Shown: in pieces, positions 18,607 through 29,378 of the stretch
How positions within the stretch are numbered: position 1 is the stretch's first letter
Layout of the letters: each line of letters opens with the position of its first letter
Source: a virus
IMG/VR virus record: IMGVR_UViG_3300013093_000001
Span: 1-64,000 of that record
DNA length: 64,000 nt
Strand: one strand, 5' to 3'
Notes under the pieces: model-generated
Database searches by the model: none
Told to the model about the DNA's origin: nothing
What the model saw: only the letters and a program-made list of their open reading frames with translations
Program-made: the position numbers and the translations under genes

Positions 18607-21600
18607 GTGGCAGGCGCAATTGACATTAAATCCGGCAGTAACTCCCTGTCCGGTGCTAACCTGTTTTACGCTGACAAAAACCCCCTCAATCAACTTTTCC
18701 AGGGGGTTGATGATGTTCTGGGACATCAAGCTCACAGCGCCGGACAGGCGTTTCTGGACTACGTTCACCAAATCGTCCAGGAGCTCATTAAGGCGATTGT
18801 TGGGTTGCCGTCTGAAATTCTGCAGGGTGTACTCTCGACCATTGCGCCGCTGCTGCACGATGTCAGCACGTATTTCGGCAACGTCGAAGCGTTCCTCGGT
18901 GGTATCAATCCCTTGTCGGCTTTATTCGACGCAACGACAGAGGCTGAGAATTATTTTCAAAATGTGTTACTGGCAACCGGCGCTGGTGCTGATTTAGTTG
19001 CTGCCGCTAATCTAGGTCAGCAAATTGTCAATGAAGTTGTCAACACCATCAATAATCTAGTACCGACGACGCCGCCCGTAACGTATGCGCTTAGTGATCT
19101 GCAAACCGCTTTAAAGAACATTCCTGCGAACTTCGTCAAAGACGTGCTCGGCGGGAGTAATCTAGGGGCTGATGTTCAGCAGATTGTCACTAATATAAAC
19201 ACTGCTCTCAATTATACGGATTCGATAACTCACGCGGTGCTGACCGACGTGGGCTCTCTTGAGAAGGCGCTGCAAAGTATTCCGAACGTCAACTTGCAGT
19301 CGATTCTTAGCGGTGAAAGCCTGGGTAATGATGTGCAGGCACACGCCAACGCGTTCGTTAACTATATTTCCAGTGAATCCCAGGCCACCGTCACTAACAT
19401 TCAGACGCACTGGAACAGCTTCGTCAGCAATTTTCTCGGCTTCACTCAGTCGTCATCTGGTACTCCACCACCGCCACCAGCACAGTCCGTCAACTATGTT
19501 GCGCAAACGCAGCAAACATTCAACACGCAACAAGCGCAGAATAAACAGATCGCCAACAATGTTGATCCGACCTTAGACCCGGTTTTTCATCTTTCAACAA
19601 TTGCTACGACCCTCTCTACCAACAGCGTTACTCAGTCAGCGTCAACTATTGGTTTTATATCAATTCCAGACATCTCAGCTACAAAAGATGAAATTGCTTG
19701 GCTGGGAAATTTCGGCAGCACTGGAACTGTCACCGGCTTCTACCTGACCGTTTACGCTCTTAATACCAAGACCGGCGTTATGACGTGGCTGTATTCGTCA
19801 CCGAACCTCATGTATTACACGTCCGCGCTTTTTAGCGGAGTTGCTGTATCTGGCAGTGCAGTGTGGAATTATTTTCAGTTTCCAAACACGACGACCGTGT
19901 CAAGCGGCATCACCACTGTCACCGGGTGCGCTTTGCAGAACATCTCTTTAGGTAACGCAACGGGCGGAACTTTTACTCTGACGCTCGGTAGTGCGACTAC
20001 CTCTGCGATTGCCTACAATGCCCCGGCGTCTGGTACCGGTTCCGTTCAGGCAGCATTGTCGGCTTTGAGCAGCGTCGGCAGCGGTAACGTCGTGGTGCAG
20101 GGTAATGCTGGTGGTCCTTACCTCGTCACATTCACTAATAGTCTGGCTGGCAGCGCTGAACCTCTGCTGACGGTAAACGCTGCGTCTCTGATGGGAGGTG
20201 CACCCCAGGTGACGCCGTTCATCAATGTTTCCCAAGGCCAGGTTTATGCTGTTGAACTGGCCGTAACTGGCAGTGGTAGTTATAACCTCGTCGGCCAGAC
20301 CAGTCTGATCCCGCAGATTGGCGGGTCCATCTATCCGAAAGCGCTCGGGGCTGCGCGGACCAGTGTAAGTCCAACATTCGATACTAGCGGCGCTGGTTCT
20401 ACATTGAACGTCACAACTGCGGTGACTTCGTGGAGTACTTCATGGTCACACACGGTGGGAAGTTCCGCGTCGTCGGCGCTAGTCGTATATTTTGCACGTA
20501 ACGGTGGTACAAGTAATAACCACGCTGGGGTTAACGTCTATGCCGTTGACTCCAATACGGGATTGACCTACAACCTCGCTTTTTTAATTTCAGAGGCCTT
20601 CAACAACTCTAATGCTAATGGCGTGATTGAAGTGTTTGGGACAGTAGGTATTCCTGCTGGAACTTACACCCTATACATGTCGGCCAGCTTGTCGACATCA
20701 ATCTACGTTGCTTACGTCAACTCTTTTAGCTATCTCAATGTGGCGTCCATGACCTCATCTGGCAGTTACGGCGCATCGACGTCTCCAAGTCAAACTGTCA
20801 CGTCGGCTGTCGGTCATCTTGTTTCCAACTGTTTAGCCGCGCAAGCCACTGGGTCTACGGAGGCTTTGAGCGCTTATTCAGCGTCTTCTTCTCACGCCAG
20901 CCAGGACATTCTTAACTCGACGCTCGGGTTCAAATTTCCGTTGGCAATCGGAGACTTTGCTGGTGCAGCCAGCGTGACTTTCTCCGCAACAAATTCTACT
21001 TCTGCAAACTGGGCATCAGCGGCGGTTGATCTCGTCGGACTTGTTCCAGCTTTCACTTCGTTCCCCACCTACAGCGGGGTCGGCAGCGGCTACAGTCACA
21101 CAACATCTGCCAGCAGCGTGACTGGAACATGGAGGCACACGGCGAACGCAGGTGACTGCGTAATCGTTGCCGTTAGCGTCATGGTATACCCCAATAGCGC
21201 CTCCTACACTGCCTATACGCGAAGTGTGACCTACGGCGGCGTAGCCATGACCTCTCTTGGCGCAACGAACTACACCAGCACTACGCAGGGGTTTACTGAA
21301 TATTTTTATTTGAATGCGGTGACGGGTGGTTCTCAGACGGTTTCTCTGACCATTTCGGGAACGACGAATATTACTCTGGTGCAGGCAAATTCTGTGAGCT
21401 ACAGCAATGTCGGCGGTGTAGGTGCAGCCCAGGTTTTGACTGGTTCGACTAGTGGCGTATTTAGCAATAGTTACACTGTTGCCACCACCGCTGCGCTGTA
21501 CGTGTCAATACAGTCTGTCATCAACGGCAGCGTCACGACAGCGACAATCACGAACTTTTCTCAGGCCGGGAGTTCGACTGAGCCGGTTGCTAACGTCGTG

Positions 21601-22467
21601 GCAGTTAGCCGTTATAACGCGTCAGTAATCAGCGGTACCACCAACAGCGCCGCAATACTCATTGGTGACTGCACTTCTGCCAGTACCGCACTGTATACCG
21701 CAGCAGCCGTTACGCCGTCAACAACTCAAGATGCTACGGCGGTAGTCATCCCGCTGTATCCCGCTATTTCCAATCTCGGCGGTAGCGTTATTTCAAGTAT
21801 CGCTAGTTCGGCAACACTCGGTGCGTATTATTCGCAGACAACACCCTGGTTCGGACTGAGTGGAGAAGCAAACGCAACTTCGTACCCGCCGTTGCTGACG
21901 ACTTTCACGGCAAACACTTTAGGTTTTGTACCTCCAACCTGGGCTAACAGCATTGATATCGCCGTTTTCGGAGCTGGCGCTGGGGGTTACCAGGGCAGCA
22001 ATAACGGTGACTACAGCGGCGGCGGCGGCGGCGCTGGTGTCTGCACTACAACTACCTGTACCAAAGCTCAATTTGGAGGTACCTGGCCTTCGCTGACCAT
22101 CAAAGTCGGCGCGGGCGGCAGTGGCGCCCCATATAGCACCACCAATCAGGGGGTTCCCTACACTGGGACGCCGCCGACCGGTGGCGGAGGTAGTCAAGTG
22201 TTGAACGGCGCGACGAGCTTATGTGCTGCCAGTGGCGGTACGATCAATGCAACGGGACAGATAGCGGGGTATTGGTCATCCCAAGCAAGTGGACAATCCG
22301 AAAGCAACAAGAGCTACAATGGGACCACTTACTACGGGGGCGCTGGCGGCCAGTCCATATCGGCTAGCGGAAGCGTTCCCGGTGGCGGTGGCGCTGGCGG
22401 TGGGGAAGGAAGCGGGAATGGCGGTAGCGGCGGCGGCGGCGCGGTCTACATACTCGCCTACCAGTAA
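18607..22467 (+). CDS. Large minor tail protein with glycine-rich C-terminal domain
   Basis: 1286 aa; helical N-terminus, repeated Ser/Thr-rich beta domains, and a C-terminal GAGAGG...PGGGGAGG...GGGAV domain typical of mycobacteriophage tail proteins. Confidence 0.82.
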   Translation: MAGAIDIKSGSNSLSGANLFYADKNPLNQLFQGVDDVLGHQAHSAGQAFLDYVHQIVQELIKAIVGLPSEILQGVLSTIAPLLHDVSTYFGNVEAFLGGINPLSALFDATTEAENYFQNVLLATGAGADLVAAANLGQQIVNEVVNTINNLVPTTPPVTYALSDLQTALKNIPANFVKDVLGGSNLGADVQQIVTNINTALNYTDSITHAVLTDVGSLEKALQSIPNVNLQSILSGESLGNDVQAHANAFVNYISSESQATVTNIQTHWNSFVSNFLGFTQSSSGTPPPPPAQSVNYVAQTQQTFNTQQAQNKQIANNVDPTLDPVFHLSTIATTLSTNSVTQSASTIGFISIPDISATKDEIAWLGNFGSTGTVTGFYLTVYALNTKTGVMTWLYSSPNLMYYTSALFSGVAVSGSAVWNYFQFPNTTTVSSGITTVTGCALQNISLGNATGGTFTLTLGSATTSAIAYNAPASGTGSVQAALSALSSVGSGNVVVQGNAGGPYLVTFTNSLAGSAEPLLTVNAASLMGGAPQVTPFINVSQGQVYAVELAVTGSGSYNLVGQTSLIPQIGGSIYPKALGAARTSVSPTFDTSGAGSTLNVTTAVTSWSTSWSHTVGSSASSALVVYFARNGGTSNNHAGVNVYAVDSNTGLTYNLAFLISEAFNNSNANGVIEVFGTVGIPAGTYTLYMSASLSTSIYVAYVNSFSYLNVASMTSSGSYGASTSPSQTVTSAVGHLVSNCLAAQATGSTEALSAYSASSSHASQDILNSTLGFKFPLAIGDFAGAASVTFSATNSTSANWASAAVDLVGLVPAFTSFPTYSGVGSGYSHTTSASSVTGTWRHTANAGDCVIVAVSVMVYPNSASYTAYTRSVTYGGVAMTSLGATNYTSTTQGFTEYFYLNAVTGGSQTVSLTISGTTNITLVQANSVSYSNVGGVGAAQVLTGSTSGVFSNSYTVATTAALYVSIQSVINGSVTTATITNFSQAGSSTEPVANVVAVSRYNASVISGTTNSAAILIGDCTSASTALYTAAAVTPSTTQDATAVVIPLYPAISNLGGSVISSIASSATLGAYYSQTTPWFGLSGEANATSYPPLLTTFTANTLGFVPPTWANSIDIAVFGAGAGGYQGSNNGDYSGGGGGAGVCTTTTCTKAQFGGTWPSLTIKVGAGGSGAPYSTTNQGVPYTGTPPTGGGGSQVLNGATSLCAASGGTINATGQIAGYWSSQASGQSESNKSYNGTTYYGGAGGQSISASGSVPGGGGAGGGEGSGNGGSGGGGAVYILAYQ

Positions 22468-22481
22468 CCAATAGGAAGATT

Positions 22482-22823
22482 ATGACTACGAACCTCCTGA
22501 TGCCCAACAACGCTGATCCAATTACCGGTTTGACTATTGCTCTCATTGGTTGGCAGTTGACAGCAGCGACTGCGATGGACGCGTTCACAGGCTGCAATTT
22601 TATTCATCAATTGGGTTACATCAGTACGCTAGTTGATGACGTTGATCCAACCGCGAATCCACCTATCTGGCGTTTGACGATTGATCGTCCCGGCGATGTT
22701 CCCATCGTTATTGCCGATACAGATTGGTTGGTCTGCGACGGTCACCATGCGTGGGGGATACCGCAGGCAACAGTGAACTCTGAATACGCAGTAACGGCCT
22801 ATACCCTGCCGAGTTCTGGCTAA
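22482..22823 (+). CDS. Hypothetical protein (last gene of tail operon)
   Basis: AGGAAG RBS; follows the glycine-rich tail gene. Confidence 0.65.
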   Translation: MTTNLLMPNNADPITGLTIALIGWQLTAATAMDAFTGCNFIHQLGYISTLVDDVDPTANPPIWRLTIDRPGDVPIVIADTDWLVCDGHHAWGIPQATVNSEYAVTAYTLPSSG

Positions 22824-22977
22824 GCCCGATGTTATGTTGCGTATGTCTGCTGGATGATATTGATATCAAAGCTGTCTGCTACGTGCAGGGAACTTCGGTG
22901 TGCAGGAGTCATGCAATAGCACTTGGCAAGCTCGACCTCGCCGGTCGTCTGCAAGCCGTTTATAAGCTCTTGCAGTC

Positions 22978-23226
22978 TCAAGCCAGCGGCGCCTGAGCTT
23001 TCTTGTCGAATTTAATTTGAAAAATCCTTGAGCTACTAAGCCCAGTAGCGGCCATAATTGGCCCCACAAGGACGCCTTCTCTGCAAGCGCCTCGGATGGC
23101 GTGACCTAATTCTGTTTCTGTCTGCTTGGCGAGTTCTCGTCGTTCTGCCAGTTTTCTGCTTATGGTTGACAGGGCTGTGACCCACCTGTCGGTGACGTGC
23201 TGGTCTGGTGCTGCTCTCCTAGCCAT
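22978..23226 (-). CDS. Small HTH DNA-binding protein
   Basis: AIRGACREGV...IMAATGLSSSRIFQI is a helix-turn-helix signature. Confidence 0.65.
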   Translation of the reverse strand: MARRAAPDQHVTDRWVTALSTISRKLAERRELAKQTETELGHAIRGACREGVLVGPIMAATGLSSSRIFQIKFDKKAQAPLA

Positions 23227-23314
23227 ACTTTAAGTATACCGGAGTGGCAATAAAGGGTGGTAGTGTGGGGTTGTGGTCGGCAAAGGGTCGGCCAGTGGAA
23301 AGGCTGGTTTAGCA

Positions 23315-23827
23315 ATGCCCAATGTTGTTGCACGGATGGGACCGCTGGCGGGTAGAGTGGAGCCGTCAGATGGCACAGGCCGACTTAGGAGCATAATGTC
23401 TACGGTCCCGCGTAATGTATCGAAAGATTTGCCCGCAATGACTGGAGCCGAGTTGCAGTCGATGCGGGAGTATTTGGGGTTGTCGATTGACTGGTTGGCC
23501 GAGCAGCTGACGTTGAATAAGCGGCGCATGTTGCGGATGGAAGAGGGTAAGGAGCGCATACCGACAGTGTTGGTGTCGCTCATTGACGACATTTATGAGG
23601 AAACTAACCAGATGGTTGATGAGTTGTCTGGTCATTACCGTCGTAAGGTTAAGGCCACGCAGAATGATGTGGTGGTGGCGACGTACCGGACTGATCGGGA
23701 GTATGACGCTGCTGGCGGCAAGTATCCCAGTAGGTGGCACAGGATGGTTATGGCGCGGGTGGCGCACGCTGTACCGGGTCTAGTTATTACCCACGCTGTT
23801 GCGGAGGCTGACGCAGAAGCGTTGTAG
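23315..23827 (+). CDS. XRE-type HTH regulator, Aca2/YdiL (DUF1870)-like
   Basis: MTGAELQSMREYLGLSIDWLAEQL...MEEGKERIP, plus C-terminal YRTDREY...WHRMVMARV. Start placed at the ATG after a GGAAAGG RBS. Family call from memory of the motif. Confidence 0.65.
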   Translation: MPNVVARMGPLAGRVEPSDGTGRLRSIMSTVPRNVSKDLPAMTGAELQSMREYLGLSIDWLAEQLTLNKRRMLRMEEGKERIPTVLVSLIDDIYEETNQMVDELSGHYRRKVKATQNDVVVATYRTDREYDAAGGKYPSRWHRMVMARVAHAVPGLVITHAVAEADAEAL

Positions 23828-24098
23828 GCAGGGTATGTTGCTGGGTTGCCCTGTGGTTGGGTTGGTGCAGATTTCTGTGGGTATTGCCCCGCATCGTGGA
23901 CATACGTTTTGTACGGCATCTCGGTATGCGGCGGGCCAGCGTCGTTGCAGCGTTCCCACCACTTCTGTATATGCGTGACTGTGCATGTATTAAGTATGTG
24001 ATAGATTGCGCCTAGACGCAAATACCAGCGTGGCGGCTTTAAGGAATACCGACAGCGCGATAACCTAGCAGCGAATCAACTACAGGAGAATCGAACGT

Positions 24099-24710
24099 AT
24101 GAGTGGCATCAAATTCGTCGGACAGCAGGATGTTCCCGTAGACGACCTCAAGCCGCATCCTGATAATCCGAACCGTGGCAGTGTGGACGACCTACAAACC
24201 TCGCTGGAGCAGTTTGGACAGTTCAGGTCCATCGTCGCCACCAAGGATTTGACTATTCTCGCTGGTCACCACCTGTGGCAAGCGGCTAAGGAGTTGGGTT
24301 ACAAGACCATGCGGGTGGATATTTTGGATGTTGACGACAAAACGGGTCGTAAAATCATGCTGGCCGACAACAGGCTGGCCGATCTGGGTATGGGACCGGA
24401 CCTGGACTTGCTGCTTAAAAACCTGGAAGAGCTTCATGGTGACATCGCAGGGACCGGTTTTGATGAGGAATACCTGCGGATGCTGGAAGATGCCATCCAG
24501 GGTCCACCCGACCTTGAGGAATTGGAGCGGGAGGTCGACGAAAAGCCACCAAGCCCCACGGACTTCTTCAAGCGCATCACCCTACTGGTAGACCCTAGAG
24601 AGCAGACAAGGTGGGAGCGGCACCGCGCTATGTTCCCCGACGACAATGAGGCTTTCCGGTATCTACTGGTCAAGAACGTTCAGGATTCGGAAGCAGGGGA
24701 CGACGGCTAG
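24099..24710 (+). CDS. ParB-like nuclease domain protein
   Basis: LKPHPDNPNRG...SLEQFGQ...ILAGHH...AAKELG...LADNR. Confidence 0.88.
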   Translation: MSGIKFVGQQDVPVDDLKPHPDNPNRGSVDDLQTSLEQFGQFRSIVATKDLTILAGHHLWQAAKELGYKTMRVDILDVDDKTGRKIMLADNRLADLGMGPDLDLLLKNLEELHGDIAGTGFDEEYLRMLEDAIQGPPDLEELEREVDEKPPSPTDFFKRITLLVDPREQTRWERHRAMFPDDNEAFRYLLVKNVQDSEAGDDG

Positions 24711-25745
24711 GTGGGTAAACCGAGCGTCCGCGGGAGGTCAACGATCCCGCCACCGAAAAATGTCCTGTGCTCTTTTTTTTACTACAAAAAAGCGGATATG
24801 GAAAAGATAGCGCCCTGCCGCGTGATCGCGGATTCAGGAGCGTTCTCAGCTAAGCAAAATACGGAAACTTACCAGTTTGGTAACGCCGTCACTACGAAGG
24901 CGTTGGTTGCCTGGACCAAGAAGTGGGAACATTTGCTGTGCTGGGTGGCGTGTATTGACGTTGCGAGTGCTGAGCAAACGAAAATAAATTGGGATCGGAT
25001 GTGTCAGAGCGGTTTGCAGGCTGTTTCTACTCTGCATGTTGGTGACCATCCCAGTACGATGGACTGGTATGCGGAACGCGGGGTAGACTTTCTCGGTTTG
25101 GGTGGTATGGCGGGGAGTTATATTTCCGATAACGCTAAGATGCGCTGGATGATTGACTGCTTCAAATATGCGCGGGAAAACCACCCCGACATGCGCTTTC
25201 ATGGTTGGGGTATCACGCACGCGAAATTCCTGCGGTTACCGTTCTTTTCAGTGGATTCTTCCGGCTGGGGCAGTAGCTATCGGTATGGCCGCATTTCTTT
25301 GCGGAACCCGCTGACGGGAGAAACGCTGCCGTGCGTACTGGACGGTAAGTCTATCTATGACGCTAAGAACAAAAAACTCCGAGAGTTACTGATAGAGCAT
25401 TACGGTGTCAGTCCTAGCGAGATTGCTAAGGCTGGTCCCGCTAACCGGGTGTTGTTAGTCAAGCTATCTGCCTTGTCGGCCTCTGTGCAGGAACAGGAGT
25501 GGCGTAAGACGTTTCGAAAGCAACCCATTTACCCACCCTCTTGGGGCAGACTCAAAGGTTGGACGTTGGGTGACGGTCCTAATCAGCATTTGGCTTTAAG
25601 TGGTTGCGGCGCGGGGATCAGGGAGCGTAAAGCCTTCGCTGAATTCGACTATGGTCCACATATGCACCTGGTTGACGGATTTCCACCCCACTTGCGGGTG
25701 GTGGCTGAATTGAATGGCGCAGAACACCCCGAGGAGCTTGTATGA
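24711..25745 (+). CDS. dpdA: DpdA-like (TGT-fold) DNA 7-deazaguanine transglycosylase
   Basis: DSGAFS, GLGGM, FHGWG and SVDSSGW motifs; directly upstream of queD-queE-folE. Confidence 0.72.
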   Translation: MGKPSVRGRSTIPPPKNVLCSFFYYKKADMEKIAPCRVIADSGAFSAKQNTETYQFGNAVTTKALVAWTKKWEHLLCWVACIDVASAEQTKINWDRMCQSGLQAVSTLHVGDHPSTMDWYAERGVDFLGLGGMAGSYISDNAKMRWMIDCFKYARENHPDMRFHGWGITHAKFLRLPFFSVDSSGWGSSYRYGRISLRNPLTGETLPCVLDGKSIYDAKNKKLRELLIEHYGVSPSEIAKAGPANRVLLVKLSALSASVQEQEWRKTFRKQPIYPPSWGRLKGWTLGDGPNQHLALSGCGAGIRERKAFAEFDYGPHMHLVDGFPPHLRVVAELNGAEHPEELV

Positions 25746-26164
25746 GTACAATTTCTGTGAGAACGCACTTTGCCGCTGGTCACAGGATTTTAGGTTTGGT
25801 CGGCGCTGGCGCTAAGTGTAGGAACATACATGGTCACACCTTCCATGTGACATGGACGTTTGAGCAGAGCAAAGACAACTTCAGCCTGGAGTTCGGTACG
25901 CTCAAGCAGGCGTTGCGCGGCGTCATCAAGGACAATTTCGATCACTCTTTCATCGTTGACCAGGATGACCCGTTTTCGGAATACCTGCGGTTGGAGAGTC
26001 TGAAGCACTACGTTTTGGCCGGTAAACCGACGACTGAGGCCATTGCGGAGGAGATTGCCAACCTGTCTGCCGCTAGCCTTAAAGCGGTGACCAAGCATGT
26101 TGTGATGCGCCGGGTGGCGTTGGAAGAAGGACCGAACAATGTGGCGACGTGGGAAGATGACTAG
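25742..26164 (+). CDS. queD: 6-carboxy-5,6,7,8-tetrahydropterin synthase
   Basis: F.AGHR...C.NIHGH.F...FDH...PT.E motifs. Confidence 0.93.
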   Translation: MSTISVRTHFAAGHRILGLVGAGAKCRNIHGHTFHVTWTFEQSKDNFSLEFGTLKQALRGVIKDNFDHSFIVDQDDPFSEYLRLESLKHYVLAGKPTTEAIAEEIANLSAASLKAVTKHVVMRRVALEEGPNNVATWEDD

Positions 26165-26856
26165 TGCTGTCGCTCTCGGAGGTCTTTGTCAGTCACCAGG
26201 GTGAGGGTCCGCGCTCTGGCAGACTGTGTACGTTCATCAGGCTCGGTGGTTGTAATTTGTCTTGTTCCTGGTGTGACACCCCCTATACCTGGGACGCTAA
26301 GCGCTTTGATTTGCGGCAGGAATTGAAAAGGGTCAAAGCTGAGGACATTATGGCGCTTGTTCCCGGTGACGTTGATGAGGTTGTCATTACTGGTGGTGAG
26401 CCGCTGATGCACCAAAAGACAGCCGACTGGGAGATGCTTTTACGGTTACTGAACCGCGCCGACAAGTACATATGCGTGGAAACTAATGGAACGATTGCGC
26501 CTACGCCGGTCACGCAAACCTACGTCCGACACTACTCAATTTCTCCTAAGCTCCCTAACGCGGGTACCCACAAGAAAGGCCAGAGTCCGGTCATGGCGGT
26601 GTGGCCTAACAGGCTGCGGCATGACGGAACCTGCCTGAAATTCGTGGTTAAAGACGAGTCAGAGGTTAGAGTAGCTGCCGAATTGGCTGACAGTTTGGGT
26701 TGGCAGCGCCGTAACGTGTGGATGATGCCGGAAGGAAGATTTAAGGAATTCCTCCTCGACAGGTGGCCGGAGATTTGTGATGAAGCTAAGGCGCAGCGCG
26801 TCAATGTGACGATGCGCCTGCATGTCCTGGCCTACGGTGACACAAGAGGGACGTAA
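26164..26856 (+). CDS. queE: 7-carboxy-7-deazaguanine synthase (radical SAM)
   Basis: EVF.S.QGEG...FIRLGGCNLSCSWCDT, ITGGEP, VETNGT, SPK, RLH. Confidence 0.95.
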   Translation: MLSLSEVFVSHQGEGPRSGRLCTFIRLGGCNLSCSWCDTPYTWDAKRFDLRQELKRVKAEDIMALVPGDVDEVVITGGEPLMHQKTADWEMLLRLLNRADKYICVETNGTIAPTPVTQTYVRHYSISPKLPNAGTHKKGQSPVMAVWPNRLRHDGTCLKFVVKDESEVRVAAELADSLGWQRRNVWMMPEGRFKEFLLDRWPEICDEAKAQRVNVTMRLHVLAYGDTRGT

Positions 26857-27419
26857 TGGACAAGGTTGAGGCGGCGGTCACCGACCTACTGGCCGCGCTG
26901 GGATTTCCTGCTGACGAGCATTTACGGGACACGCCCCGCAGGGTTGCTCGCGCTTGGCGGGACCAAACGTGGGGCTATGAGGAGGAGCCGGGTCACCACC
27001 TACGCAGAACATTCCCAGCGCCGGACGACGCGGGACTCATTGTTCAGGCTGGTATCGACGTGCAGAGCATCTGCGCTCATCATTTGCTGCCGTTCGGGGG
27101 CCGCGCCACCGTTGCGTACAGGCCCCGGCCGGGTGCACCCATCGTCGGGTTGTCTAAGCTGGCGCGTTTGGTCTACGGGTATGCTGCGCGGCTGCAAGTA
27201 CAGGAGCGGATTGGGAATCAAGTGACGGCGGCGTTAATGGACGAATTGAATCCAGTCGGCGCGGTTTGTCTAATAACGGCTAGCCATGACTGCATGAGAT
27301 TGCGCGGCGTGAGAAGTCCCAGGACAGAGACTACGACAGAATCGGTCGGCGGGTTACTCGCAATCAGCGACATCAACTTGGCTCGGCAGCTGCATGTGCA
27401 GGGAGCCACGCTGCTGTGA
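26856..27419 (+). CDS. folE: GTP cyclohydrolase I
   Basis: DTPRRVARA, SICAHHLLPF.G, GLSKLARLV...RLQVQER, H.CM..RGV. Confidence 0.95.
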   Translation: MDKVEAAVTDLLAALGFPADEHLRDTPRRVARAWRDQTWGYEEEPGHHLRRTFPAPDDAGLIVQAGIDVQSICAHHLLPFGGRATVAYRPRPGAPIVGLSKLARLVYGYAARLQVQERIGNQVTAALMDELNPVGAVCLITASHDCMRLRGVRSPRTETTTESVGGLLAISDINLARQLHVQGATLL

Positions 27420-27601
27420 ATGTTTTGTCAGCGCCGCAAATGGCGCGACGTTACGAGATTCCACTGCGAACAATACAGGCGGCGTGTAAGACCGGTACGT
27501 TGTTGGCGCAGAAGTTTGGCAGGGTATGGATGATTGAGGATCAGGAAGCCGCGAAATTCGCGGCTAATCATCGCAAGGTCCAGCGCCTACGTCTTTCATA
27601 A
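27416..27601 (+). CDS. Excisionase-like winged HTH protein
   Basis: LS..QMA..Y.IP..TI...C..G.L.AQKFGRVWMI. Confidence 0.7.
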   Translation: MNVLSAPQMARRYEIPLRTIQAACKTGTLLAQKFGRVWMIEDQEAAKFAANHRKVQRLRLS

Positions 27602-28191
27602 ACACTGACTGTGTCGTGGATACCGGGCCACCTGACGGGTCGGTGTTCCGCAACAAGGTTCCACTGCTGCAACTCCGTAAACATTGCGTCGTTGCCGGTA
27701 CACCCGCCCTGTTCCTCACCTATGTAAATGATGCGGTGTCCTGCGTATTTTTTGACCGCATTGTATCCGTCATCTGTCTTGTACGGCGGCCAGGACAGCA
27801 GTAGCGTGCTTTCTGGGTGCTGCTGGACTGACCGCGTGCAGTTGCGCCGCGTCACAAATGTGTGTGGTTCATGACTATGCCAGTGATTTTTGGGGTACGG
27901 GTTGCGGTCATAGGAATAAACGACGACACCGGCCTGTTGCAGTAGGTATCCCCACCAACCAGTTCCCGCCATAGGGTCTACGACGCTGCTGTGGGCATTG
28001 TTGACAACGAAATCCACGGTGGCCGGGTCTGTGATTGTCCAACTGTATTTTTTGCTGAACAAGTCTCTTGCAGGCATGACCCGACACAGGGAGTCAACGC
28101 TGTACCCATTTATTCCACCGCTGGTGTCCAAGTCCTCAAATAACGGTTGCAGTTGCTCCCAAAACCGGTTAGTCACCCGGCAGAACTTCAA
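27568..28191 (-). CDS. SAM-dependent methyltransferase-like protein
   Basis: VVDPMAGTGWW glycine-rich motif I, LLLSWPPY, IIYIGE..GGCTG. Confidence 0.6.
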   Translation of the reverse strand: MKFCRVTNRFWEQLQPLFEDLDTSGGINGYSVDSLCRVMPARDLFSKKYSWTITDPATVDFVVNNAHSSVVDPMAGTGWWGYLLQQAGVVVYSYDRNPYPKNHWHSHEPHTFVTRRNCTRSVQQHPESTLLLSWPPYKTDDGYNAVKKYAGHRIIYIGEEQGGCTGNDAMFTELQQWNLVAEHRPVRWPGIHDTVSVYERRRRWTLR

Positions 28192-28378
28192 ACGGGTCGG
28201 TACCCAGCAGGATTAAAGCGCTGGCGTTGTCGTCCCAATCCACAGCGTACTGGTCAAAGGAGCCGACCCAGTTGACCGTACCCTCAGTCCCTACGGGTAT
28301 TGGGTTAGGTTCTTCAGGCAGTGGACCCGTAATGCGTATCCGGTCGCCTACCTGGCATCTCGGTACCCAGTTTTCCAT
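28169..28378 (-). CDS. DUF4314-like small protein
   Basis: GDRIR...PIPVGTEGTV..V.....VDWD.....L. Confidence 0.65.
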   Translation of the reverse strand: MENWVPRCQVGDRIRITGPLPEEPNPIPVGTEGTVNWVGSFDQYAVDWDDNASALILLGTDPFEVLPGD

Positions 28379-28944
28379 GACAGTCCTTTCTTCTGTGCAG
28401 GCCTGGTGCCCGCAGCTGACCTTCTTTTATTGGGTGGGACCACTTGGTCGCTAATGAATGACGTAATGCCGTTCAGTCTTTGCAGGGGTATCGACTCAGG
28501 GTTGTCGCCGTGGCGCAGCGACAGACCCCTCCTGTAAGCCATGTTGGGATGGTCGGTGATGTAACCGTGACAAGACCTGCATAGGTGGAGGATGTTGGCG
28601 GGAGTCCACTGACCGCCGACTCCGCGAGAAATCCTGTGGTGCATGTCCGTGGCCTTAGCGCGTCCGCAACATTCGCAAATGCCACACGACCTCCCCGCCA
28701 CTGCCTTCCTGGTCGTGTACTCATCCCACTCGTAGTAGAACTTCCCCGACATCTCGCAAGTTTTTCTGGTCTTTGGGACCGGGTGTGGCAGGATTTCATT
28801 CTCGATATCTACGTCAATTAGCTCAAAGCAGCCGGGACAAACGATCACAGGCTTCACCCTTTTTCGGGACGACGTGTGGAGTGGTGTGTTGCACTCCACG
28901 TTAGCCGGTCCTGGTGCTTGTCGACAACAAAGGTCGATAGGCAT
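28348..28944 (-). CDS. HNH endonuclease
   Basis: CECCG..ATDMHHR..R..GG.W...N..HLCRSCH; the true start may be downstream of 28944. Confidence 0.8.
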   Translation of the reverse strand: MPIDLCCRQAPGPANVECNTPLHTSSRKRVKPVIVCPGCFELIDVDIENEILPHPVPKTRKTCEMSGKFYYEWDEYTTRKAVAGRSCGICECCGRAKATDMHHRISRGVGGQWTPANILHLCRSCHGYITDHPNMAYRRGLSLRHGDNPESIPLQRLNGITSFISDQVVPPNKRRSAAGTRPAQKKGLSWKTGYRDAR

Positions 28945-29009
28945 CGTTTTTCCCCTGTCGGTCCTGGTACTTAGTCATTATATGACAGGCGGCTGGCTAT
29001 TCACCATAG

Positions 29010-29369
<360 letters not shown>

Positions 29370-29378
29370 TACAATTTT

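Noticed and set aside
1339-22597. Numerous antisense and alternate-frame ORFs over tail genes (e.g. 1339..1956 -, 7294..7830 -, 14366..14890 -)
   Set aside because: These are shadow ORFs expected in GC-rich coding DNA; they have no RBS or recognisable motifs.
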